24,000 bases of DNA from Paracoccus sp. MKU1 (GCF_001447385.1 NZ_LLWQ01000215.1:137469-161468), one strand, 5' to 3'; counted from the stretch's first letter, positions 9,080-16,258 are shown. The notes: generated from the sequence alone by a model not told the origin. Numbers and translations are program-made.

Positions 9080-9499
9080 ATGACCATCCATCACCGCATC
9101 CGCCCCTTCAACACCAAGGAAACCTATCCCGAGCAGAAGCTGAACAACGACCTGAGCCAGGGCGTCGTCGCCCGCGGCACCATGGTCTTCCTGCGCGGCC
9201 AGGTCTCGCAGGACCTCGAGACCCGCGAATGCCTGCATGTCGGCGACCCGGCGGCGCAGACCCGCAAGACCATGGAAAACATCCGGATGCTGCTGGAAGA
9301 GGCGGGCTCGCGGATGGAGCATATCTGCCGCATCGTCGTCTATGTGACCGACATCCGCTATCGCGAGGCGGTCTATCAGGAGATGGGCAAGCATCTGCAA
9401 GGCGTGCATCCCTGCTCGACCGGCATCGTGGTCCCGGCGCTGGCCCGGCCCGAATGGGTGGTCGAGATCGAGGCCACCGCCGTCATCCCGGACGCATGA
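9080..9499 (+). CDS. RidA/YjgF/endoribonuclease L-PSP family protein (about 139 aa; alternative start at 9062 gives 145 aa)
   Basis: Size and sequence are typical of RidA-family proteins (GQVSQDLE.., AQTRKTMENIRMLLEEAG, IVVYVTDI, VEIEATAV). GGAG at 9068-9071 is well spaced for the ATG at 9080. The ATG at 9062 directly abuts the TGA of the upstream gene, so either start is possible. Confidence 0.85.
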   Translation: MTIHHRIRPFNTKETYPEQKLNNDLSQGVVARGTMVFLRGQVSQDLETRECLHVGDPAAQTRKTMENIRMLLEEAGSRMEHICRIVVYVTDIRYREAVYQEMGKHLQGVHPCSTGIVVPALARPEWVVEIEATAVIPDA

Positions 9500-9506
9500 G
9501 GCGGGC

Positions 9507-10184
9507 ATGACCTTCTCGATCTCCGCCCGCTGCCCCGAGACCGGCATGTTCGGCATCGCGGTCTCCTCCTCCTCGCCCTGCGTGGCGGCGCGTTGCGCCC
9601 ATGCGCGGGCGGGCGTGGGGGTGGTCGCGACCCAGAACGTCACCGATCCGAGCCTGGGGCCGAAGGGGCTGGACCTGATGGCGCAGGGGCTTTCCGCGGC
9701 GCAGGCGCTGGAGCGGCTGGTGGCCGAGGCGCCGCATGTCGAATACCGCCAGCTGGCGCTGGTCGATGCGGCGGGCGGCACCGCCGGGCGTTCCGGCGCC
9801 CGGACGCTGGGCACGCATGGCATCGCCTATGGCGAGGGCGTGGCGGCGGCGGGCAACCTGCTTCGCTCGGACGAGATCCCGCGGAAGATGGTCGATGCCT
9901 TCATGGCGGCCAGCGGCCGGCATCTGGGCGACCGGCTGTTGGCGGGCATGCGCGCCTCGGTCGCCGCCGGCGGCGAGGAGGGGCCGGTGCATTCCATGGG
10001 CATGCTGATCGTGGACAGGGTGAGCTGGCCCATAGCCGACCTGCGCATCGACTGGAGCGAGGGCGATCCCATCGAGGATTGCGCCGCCCTGTGGGAACGC
10101 TGGCGGCTCGAGATGGACGCCTATGTGACCCGCGCGCTGAACCCCGACGCCGCGCCCAGCTATGGCGTGCCCGGCGACGAATGA
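9507..10184 (+). CDS. DUF1028 family protein (Ntn-hydrolase-like fold), 225 aa
   Basis: The N-terminus MTFSISARCPETGMFGIAVSSSSPCVAARC matches the characteristic MTFSI..D/CPETG..GVAV start of DUF1028 proteins as I remember them. Starts 7 nt after the RidA stop. Confidence 0.8.
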   Translation: MTFSISARCPETGMFGIAVSSSSPCVAARCAHARAGVGVVATQNVTDPSLGPKGLDLMAQGLSAAQALERLVAEAPHVEYRQLALVDAAGGTAGRSGARTLGTHGIAYGEGVAAAGNLLRSDEIPRKMVDAFMAASGRHLGDRLLAGMRASVAAGGEEGPVHSMGMLIVDRVSWPIADLRIDWSEGDPIEDCAALWERWRLEMDAYVTRALNPDAAPSYGVPGDE

Positions 10185-10239
10185 TCCCCCCAACTCGGGG
10201 GCGGCCCGTGCCGCCCCCGGTCTTTGCGACGAGATTTCC

Positions 10240-11409
10240 ATGACCGCGATCCCCTCGACCGTCGATATCCTGCGCCGGCTGGTCGCCTATCAGACGGTGT
10301 CCCGCCGCCCGAACCTCGACCTGCTGGACTATGTCGAGGGGCTGCTGCGTCCCGCTGGGGCGCGCGTCGAACGCTTCGCGCATGCCGATGGCAGCCGCGC
10401 CAATCTGTGGGCGACCATCGGTCCCGAGGGGCCGGGCGGCGTGGTGCTGTCGGGCCATACCGACGTGGTGCCGGTGACCGGCCAGGACTGGAGCCTGGAC
10501 CCCTTTGCCCTGACCGAGCGCGACGGGCTCTATTACGGGCGCGGCACGGCGGACATGAAGGGCTTCGTCGCCGCCGCCATCCATGCCGCCCTGCATGCCG
10601 CCCGGCGCGATTTGCGGATGCCGCTGCATCTGGCGCTGTCCTATGACGAGGAAATCGGCTGCATGGGCGTGCGTGGCATGATCGAGGCGCTGGCCGCGCG
10701 TCCCGACCGTCCGGCGCTGTGCATCGTGGGCGAGCCGACCGGCATGCGCATCGCCGCCGGCCACAAGGGCAAGGCGGCCTATCGCGCCTGCTGCCATGGC
10801 CGCGAGGGCCATTCGGCGCTGGCTCCGAACGCGCTGAACGCCTTGCATCTGGGCGCGGCCTTCGTCGCCGGGCTTCAGGTCCGGCAGCAGGAACTGGCCA
10901 GCAGCGGTGCCCGCGACCCTGCCTATGACATTCCCTATTCCACCATCCATGCCGGCATCATGCAGGGCGGCACGGCGCTGAACATCGTGCCGAACCGCTG
11001 CGAGATCGATTTCGAGATCCGCAACATCGTCGCCGACGACCCTGCCGCGATCCTGGCTGCCATCGCCGGCGATGCCGAGGCCATCGCCGCCGCCCATCGC
11101 GCCCGTTTTCCCGAGGCGCGGATCGAGATCGAGACGGTCTCGGCCTATCCCGGCCTCGACACCCCCGAGGACGCGCCCGCGATCCGGCTGCTGCGCCGCA
11201 TCACCGGGGCGGACGGGCCGGCGATCAAGGTGGCCTTCGGGACCGAGGGCGGGCTGTTCCATCAGGGCCTTGGCATGTCCACGGCGATCTGCGGGCCGGG
11301 CTTCATGGAGCAGGGCCACAAGCCCGACGAATTCGTTGCCGCCGAACAGCTGGCGGCCTGCGACCGGATGCTGTCGCGCCTGCTCGATGCGCTGGAGGCG
11401 GCGGCCTGA
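10240..11409 (+). CDS. M20 family metallopeptidase, acetylornithine deacetylase (ArgE)-like deacylase (389 aa)
   Basis: Starts MTAIPSTVDILRRLVAYQTVS. Has the metal-binding and catalytic motifs SGHTDVVP, GRGTADMKG and SYDEEIGC typical of ArgE/DapE-type M20 enzymes. The upstream 26 codons of the track ORF are rejected. Confidence 0.88.
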   Translation: MTAIPSTVDILRRLVAYQTVSRRPNLDLLDYVEGLLRPAGARVERFAHADGSRANLWATIGPEGPGGVVLSGHTDVVPVTGQDWSLDPFALTERDGLYYGRGTADMKGFVAAAIHAALHAARRDLRMPLHLALSYDEEIGCMGVRGMIEALAARPDRPALCIVGEPTGMRIAAGHKGKAAYRACCHGREGHSALAPNALNALHLGAAFVAGLQVRQQELASSGARDPAYDIPYSTIHAGIMQGGTALNIVPNRCEIDFEIRNIVADDPAAILAAIAGDAEAIAAAHRARFPEARIEIETVSAYPGLDTPEDAPAIRLLRRITGADGPAIKVAFGTEGGLFHQGLGMSTAICGPGFMEQGHKPDEFVAAEQLAACDRMLSRLLDALEAAA

Positions 11410-11489
11410 CCCAAGAACCAGCTTCCAATTCGGCGGGTGAGCGCGGAAAGAATGTTGCCACTTTGCGCGCATGACAGGGGACCAGGACG

Positions 11490-12458
11490 ATGCGATTCAC
11501 GCTCAGGCAACTCAGCTATTTCATCGCGGCCGGCGAGACGCTGTCGGTCACCAAGGCGGCCGAGCAGGTCAATATCTCGCAGCCCTCGATCTCGGCGGCC
11601 ATCGCGCATCTGGAGACCGAGCTGAACGTGCAGCTTTTCGTGCGCCATCACGCGCAGGGCCTGTCGCTGACGCCCGCCGGCACCCGGCTGCTGCGCGCGG
11701 CCAAGGAATCGCTGCGCGCCGCCTCCGAGCTTTACGACGTGGCCAGCGACGTGAACGACCATGTCGCGGGCACGCTGAATGTCGGCACCTTCTTCACCTT
11801 CGCGCCGCTGATCGCCCCGGAGCTCTGGACCGGTTTCTCGGGCCGCTACGAGGCGGTGCAGATGACCATGGCCGAGGGCAGCGAGGTCGATCTGTTGGAA
11901 AAGCTGCGGCTGGCGCGGATCGACCTGGCGCTGACCTATGACCTGAACCTGCCGCCGGATGTCTCGTTCATCGAACTGGCGCGGCTCAGGACCTATGTCA
12001 TCGTCGGGGCCGGGCATCGCATGGCGGATCGCAAGTCCGTCCGGCTGGCCGAGCTGATCGACGACCCCTTCGTCCTGCTGGACCCGCCGCTGACGCGCGA
12101 CTACTTCCTGGGCATGTTCCGCAAGATCGGCGGCACCCCCCGCATCGTGATGGAAACCTCGTCCACCGCCTCGCTGCGCTCCTATGTCGCGGCGGGCATC
12201 GGCTACAGCATGATGACCGTCCGGCCTGCCAACCGCCATGCCGAGAATGGGCTGCCGCTGGTCTATCTTCCGATCGAGGACGTCTCGCAATCCATCGCCT
12301 TCGGCATCGCCTATCTGACCGAGCTGCGCCGGTCGCGCGCGGCCGAGGCCTTCATCGACTATTGCCGCGAGGTGATCCGCGACGGCGCCCTGCCGGGCAT
12401 GCTGCCGGCCGAGCAGACCGAATGCGGGCCCGAGGATCCGGCCCATCAATCTTCCTGA
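11490..12458 (+). CDS. LysR-family transcriptional regulator (322 aa, HTH plus effector domain)
   Basis: N-terminal wHTH MRFTLRQLSYFIAAGETLSVTKAAEQVNISQPSISAAIAHLETELNVQLFVR, followed by a LysR substrate-binding domain. An AGGA SD lies upstream of the ATG. Confidence 0.93.
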   Translation: MRFTLRQLSYFIAAGETLSVTKAAEQVNISQPSISAAIAHLETELNVQLFVRHHAQGLSLTPAGTRLLRAAKESLRAASELYDVASDVNDHVAGTLNVGTFFTFAPLIAPELWTGFSGRYEAVQMTMAEGSEVDLLEKLRLARIDLALTYDLNLPPDVSFIELARLRTYVIVGAGHRMADRKSVRLAELIDDPFVLLDPPLTRDYFLGMFRKIGGTPRIVMETSSTASLRSYVAAGIGYSMMTVRPANRHAENGLPLVYLPIEDVSQSIAFGIAYLTELRRSRAAEAFIDYCREVIRDGALPGMLPAEQTECGPEDPAHQSS

Positions 12459-12553
12459 GGCAGAGCTGCGGAAAACACGATTTTGGCCCGAGGGCAAAAG
12501 CCGGCAATCTGCATGCAGGACAATCGGAACGAACCCACGCAAGGACAGCAGCC

Positions 12554-13723
12554 ATGAACGCCGACCCGCAGATGCCCCAGATCCCGCTTCGCGACCGCTT
12601 CGTCGCGGGGATGAGCCATGCCGCCTGCACGGTGAATGTCGTCACCACCGACGGCCCGGCTGGCAAGGCGGGGGTCACGGTTTCGGCCATGGCCTCGGTC
12701 TCGGCCGATGGCGAGGCGCCGACGCTGCTGATCTGCGTCCATCACCTCAGCCCGGCGGCGCCCAGGATCATCGAGAACGGCGTGCTGTGCGTGAACGTGC
12801 TGCGCGAGGACCAGTCCTATATCTCCGAAGCCTTCGCCGGGCGTTTCAAGGACGAGCTGGGCGACAAGTTCGAATGCACGGACTGGGTGGTGCTGGCCAA
12901 TGGCACGCCGCGCGTCGCCGACCCGCTGGTGGCATTCGAGTGCCATGTGCTTTCGGCCGAGCGGGTCGGCACGCATCACGTCCTGCTGTGCGCCGTCGAT
13001 GACACGCATAGCGCTCGGCTCGGCTCGCCGCTGATCTATGCCAACCGCTCCTATGGCTCGTCGCGCCGGATCGATGCGCCGCGCAGCATGCGGGGCGTGC
13101 TGAACGGCGAGGGGATCAAGCTGAAGGTCGGCTGCTTCCACACCTTCGGGCCGTTCCTGATGCCCTCGCTGATCCGGCAACTGGGCGGGCTCGATATCGA
13201 GCTGCTGGAAGGCGACCAGCGCCGGCTGACCGAAAGCCTGGTCTCGGGCGAGTCCGAAATCGCGGTGCTCTATGACAACGACCTGGACGAACGTTTCGAA
13301 TGGCAGGCGCTGAGCGTGCTGAAGCCCTATGTGCTGATGGCCGAGGATCATCCGATGGCGCGTCAGGCCGAGATCCTGCCGACCGACCTGGCGGCCGAGC
13401 CGATGGTGCTGTTGGATGCGCCGCCCTCCAGCGCCTATTTCACCGGCATCCTCGAGGCGCAGGGGGTCGAGCCGCTGATCGCGCATCGCTCGGCCTCGTT
13501 CGAGATGGTGCGGGGCATGGTCGCGCATGGGCTGGGCTATACGCTGCTGTGCACGAAGCCCGCGTCGAGCATGAGCTATGACGGGTTGCCGCTGGTGGCG
13601 CTGCCGCTGGCGGGCGATCATGCGCTGTCGCAGATCGTGCTGGCCTGGCGCAAGGGGCATGCGCTGTCCAGCGCCGCCCAGCGTTTCGCCCAGAAATGCC
13701 GCGAGAAATTCGCGCGGGCCTAG
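12554..13723 (+). CDS. Fusion protein: N-terminal HpaC-like NAD(P)H:flavin reductase domain (aa ~12-168) plus C-terminal LysR-type effector-binding domain (aa ~187-385); no HTH domain (389 aa)
   Basis: The N-terminal part aligns by eye with E. coli HpaC (FVAGMSHAACTVNVVTTDG.AG..GVTVSA..SVS...PTLLICV....., NGVLCVNVL.EDQ....AFAG). The C-terminal part aligns with the effector domain of the adjacent LysR (LKVGCFHTFGPFL, PMVLLDAPP, GLGYTLL, GLPLVALPL). Only about 20 aa link the two, and only 95 nt separate this gene from the upstream stop, so there is no room for an HTH. An AAGGA SD lies 8 nt before the ATG at 12554. Confidence 0.85.
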   Translation: MNADPQMPQIPLRDRFVAGMSHAACTVNVVTTDGPAGKAGVTVSAMASVSADGEAPTLLICVHHLSPAAPRIIENGVLCVNVLREDQSYISEAFAGRFKDELGDKFECTDWVVLANGTPRVADPLVAFECHVLSAERVGTHHVLLCAVDDTHSARLGSPLIYANRSYGSSRRIDAPRSMRGVLNGEGIKLKVGCFHTFGPFLMPSLIRQLGGLDIELLEGDQRRLTESLVSGESEIAVLYDNDLDERFEWQALSVLKPYVLMAEDHPMARQAEILPTDLAAEPMVLLDAPPSSAYFTGILEAQGVEPLIAHRSASFEMVRGMVAHGLGYTLLCTKPASSMSYDGLPLVALPLAGDHALSQIVLAWRKGHALSSAAQRFAQKCREKFARA

Positions 13724-13726
13724 TTC

Positions 13727-13747
13727 GGCGGGGCCTGACGGCCCGCC
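13727..13747. terminator. Bidirectional hairpin between convergent genes
   Basis: GGCGGGGCC-TGAC-GGCCCGCC lies between the TAG at 13721-13723 (plus gene) and the stop at 13753-13755 (minus gene). Confidence 0.5.
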
Positions 13748-13752
13748 ACGCG

Positions 13753-14307
13753 TCAGCCAGCGGGCGCCAGGGCGACGACCAGCGCCCGCCCGCCGCGCCG
13801 CAGCGGTCCCGGCCCGCAGATCAGCGTATCCTGCCGGGCAAGGTAATGCAGGCGGCCGCCGGTCTCGGCCTGCTGGGGCTCCAGCGCGAACAGGACGGTC
13901 AGGCCGGCCGCCTCGTCCATCCCCTTTTCCAGCACCGCCGCCCGCGCGATGGTCCAGGCGTCGCGATCGGCCATGACGTTGAACACCCGCACCGGCCCGC
14001 CGACGGGCCGCCCCACCGGCGCCAGGCCGGTGTCGAAGCGGAAGGGCGCCAGCGGGGCCAGATGCTCGCTGCGGCTGCCGAAATCCAGCACCAGCCCCGC
14101 GCCCTCGATCAGCGTGATGACCCGGTCGGCGCCGGCAAAGGCGGAAAAGCCGCCATCCGTCAGGATCGGCGCGCGCGAGATGCGGATCGAAAAGGCGTCG
14201 CGGTCGCCGCGGGGCGGCCAGAGCCAGACCTCGTCCGTGGCGCCGGTGCCGTTCTTCCACGGCATGGTGCGATAGGCGCTGGCCGGCAGGTGCAGGGGCA
14301 GTTCCAT
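13753..14307 (-). CDS. HutD/Ves family protein (184 aa)
   Basis: Has the motifs YRTMPWKNGTGATDEV, GGFSAFAGADRVITLIEGAG and PFRFDTG, as in HutD-family proteins. I chose the ATG at 14307 (MELPLHL) because AAAGGAA lies 5 nt upstream. The track start at 14325 is a TTG. Confidence 0.8.
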   Translation of the reverse strand: MELPLHLPASAYRTMPWKNGTGATDEVWLWPPRGDRDAFSIRISRAPILTDGGFSAFAGADRVITLIEGAGLVLDFGSRSEHLAPLAPFRFDTGLAPVGRPVGGPVRVFNVMADRDAWTIARAAVLEKGMDEAAGLTVLFALEPQQAETGGRLHYLARQDTLICGPGPLRRGGRALVVALAPAG

Positions 14308-14331
14308 GGGGTTCCTTTCGGGCAAGGCGGA

Positions 14332-15099
14332 TCAGTCGCGCCGATCCAGGAATTCGATCCGTCGCGGCAGGCTCTCGGGGGACAGGATACGGCCGTCCGC
14401 GTCCAGCCGGACCAGTTCGGGCCCGGCGCCGCGCTGCGCACGGACCAGATACCGGCCCGCCGGCGGGCGGATCTGCGCGGGGGCAAGCCACCCGGCATCC
14501 AGCACGCCCTCCCATGGACGGCCGAGGCAGCGCCGTGCCTGCCGCATGTCGCCGGCCAGGATCGCCTCGCGCGCCGCGGTCGAGGAAAAGCCGCCCTGCA
14601 ACGGCAGGACCGTGACACCGATGCCGCGCGCCGTGCATTCCTGCGTCAGGGTCCGGGTCGTGCCCGCGCGTTTCGCGCCGAAATGGAAATCCGCGCCGAC
14701 CACCACATGCGAGACCCCCAGCCGCCGGCACAGCACCTCGTCGATGAAGTCGCAGGGCGTCATGCCGGCGAAGGCGCGGTCGAAGACGGGCTCGAACAGG
14801 TAATCCAGCCCGATCCGCCGCGCCGTCCCGTGCTTCTGTTCGGGCAGGGCCAGGCGGAAGGGCGCGGCCTCGGGGGCAAACACCTGGCGCGGATGGGGCT
14901 CCACCGACATGACGCCGACCGCCCGCCCGTCCGCCGCAATCCGACGCGCCGAGCGGATCAGGAACTGGTGGCCGCGATGAAAGCCGTCGAAATTCCCCAG
15001 CACGATGACGCCTTGGCGCAGCGCCGACCCTGCCGCGATGCCGCTGCGCAGGATCGCCAATTCCGGGCGGAACGGATGGGGAGAGGGGATCTGGGTCAT
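14332..15099 (-). CDS. RibF-like FMN adenylyltransferase (FAD synthetase) domain protein with a shortened, degenerate riboflavin-kinase region (255 aa)
   Basis: The N-terminal module has the FAD-synthetase motifs VLGNFDGFHRGHQ, VGADFHFG and SSTAAREAI. After the LGRPW junction only 59 residues remain, and I see no GFPTAN-like or G.RPT kinase motifs. Confidence 0.8.
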   Translation of the reverse strand: MTQIPSPHPFRPELAILRSGIAAGSALRQGVIVLGNFDGFHRGHQFLIRSARRIAADGRAVGVMSVEPHPRQVFAPEAAPFRLALPEQKHGTARRIGLDYLFEPVFDRAFAGMTPCDFIDEVLCRRLGVSHVVVGADFHFGAKRAGTTRTLTQECTARGIGVTVLPLQGGFSSTAAREAILAGDMRQARRCLGRPWEGVLDAGWLAPAQIRPPAGRYLVRAQRGAGPELVRLDADGRILSPESLPRRIEFLDRRD

Positions 15100-15213
15100 G
15101 GCTTGCTCATCGTCCTGGCCGTTTGCCCAAGACTAGCGAAGCCGCGACCCCGCAAAAAATCGCCATTCCATTGCCAGCGTCTCAGGATTTCCGATGCAGC
15201 GGCACCAGGCGCG

Positions 15214-15687
15214 TCACAGAAAGCCGATCCAGCGCCCCGCCAGCAGCACCGACAGCCAGATCGCCACCGAAAGCGCCGCCAGAATGCGCGCATCCGGGCC
15301 GGGCGCTCCGGTCTCGACTGCCTGTCGCCAACCCTTGCCGATATGTTGCAGGGCGACGACCACAAGGCCAAGTGCGATCAGCGCCATTTTCCAGCGGAAG
15401 GCGGCATTGGCCAGATAGTCGCGGCCCGCGACCGACCACAGGACGGGGCCGGTCGCAAGGGCGATGGCAAGCCCGACCCCCGCTGCACGCGACAGGAAGG
15501 GCGCCAGGACGCGCAGCGCCCCGCCGCGGATGATCCCGACAAGGCGAAGGTCCAGCGGAACGATCGCCCCCAGCAGCAGCGCGATTCCCAGGATATGCGT
15601 GGCATTCACCACCATGTAGAGATGGCCCGAACGGCGCAGCGCCGCCGCCAGGGCGGTGCTCTCGGCCCAGGCCGCGAAGTCCTGCAC
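15214..15687 (-). CDS. Hypothetical integral membrane protein, about 4 TM helices (157 aa)
   Basis: GTG start at 15687-15685, 3 nt after the upstream stop, with AGGA 7 nt upstream. Four hydrophobic segments (ILGIALLLGAIV, GVGLAIALATGPVLW, MALIALGLVVVAL, LAALSVAIWLSVLLA). Confidence 0.7.
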   Translation of the reverse strand: MQDFAAWAESTALAAALRRSGHLYMVVNATHILGIALLLGAIVPLDLRLVGIIRGGALRVLAPFLSRAAGVGLAIALATGPVLWSVAGRDYLANAAFRWKMALIALGLVVVALQHIGKGWRQAVETGAPGPDARILAALSVAIWLSVLLAGRWIGFL

Positions 15688-15690
15688 GGC

Positions 15691-16074
15691 TCAGTCCTGG
15701 ATGCGATCAGGATACATGTCGTAGTTCTGCCCGTCGATCACGATGCGGACGGCCTTCATATGCGCGCTTTGGTCCTGGTTGCGATTGCCGATCACCGTGA
15801 TCGCATCGCCCGGCTCTGCCGTGTCGGCGGTAAAGCCCGAGCGGGCGGTCTGGTTGGGATTGCCCAGATCGACCTGCCAGACGGTGCCCTGGGCATCGCG
15901 GACCTGAATGGTGGGATGGGGCGGGTTCATCGAGACGCTTTCGATGGTTCCCTCCAGCGTCGACTGCTCGCCTTCGGCCCATGACCAGCCGTGATGCGCA
16001 AGCGCGGGCACAGCGCCGAGCGTCAGGGCAGCGGCGAGCATGATGGAGGGAAGGATGCGGGCTTGGATATGCAT
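15691..16074 (-). CDS. Secreted small protein, DUF6152-like (127 aa); mature N-terminus predicted HHGWSW
   Basis: Signal peptide MHIQARILPSIMLAAALTLGAVPALA, then HHGWSWAEGEQSTLEGTIESVSMNPPHPTI. This matches the AHH...TL.GT......NPH pattern I recall for DUF6152 proteins. An AAGAGG SD lies 6 nt upstream of the ATG at 16074. Confidence 0.7.
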   Translation of the reverse strand: MHIQARILPSIMLAAALTLGAVPALAHHGWSWAEGEQSTLEGTIESVSMNPPHPTIQVRDAQGTVWQVDLGNPNQTARSGFTADTAEPGDAITVIGNRNQDQSAHMKAVRIVIDGQNYDMYPDRIQD

Positions 16075-16229
16075 GTCGGACCTCTTTTTCGGATGTTGGT
16101 CGGGACTGCCGCGCGCCAGGTGGTGGCCGCCGCTCCATGATCCGCCAGCGCGCGCCGGTCTGCGCTGACAATCGCGTGAACGCCGCGATCTGCCGGGGGC
16201 GTGATTTCTGAGCGATGGGCTTTCAATAA

Positions 16230-16258
16230 TTGACCGACCGAACGGTTAACGATAACCA
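16230..16258 (+). promoter_or_regulatory. Candidate promoter/operator of the acylase gene (TTGACC -35-like, weak -10)
   Basis: TTGACC at 16230-16235 is followed by the palindromic ACCG-AA-CGGT (16237-16246). TAACCA sits 17 nt downstream as a poor -10. The block is shared with the paaJ upstream region. Confidence 0.3.

Noticed and set aside
12362-12553. Upstream extension of the reductase-fusion ORF (TTG at 12362), which might have hidden an N-terminal domain
   Set aside because: The extension overlaps the 3' end of lysR in another frame, is Arg-rich low complexity, and starts at a TTG without an SD. Homology to HpaC begins just after the ATG at 12554, which has an AAGGA SD. It is also too short (64 codons) and compositionally wrong for an HTH.
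15100-15213. Possible FMN riboswitch upstream of the RibF-like gene
   Set aside because: The gap is only 114 nt, and I could not recognise the conserved multi-stem FMN-element core. ribF-type genes are also not typical FMN-riboswitch targets.
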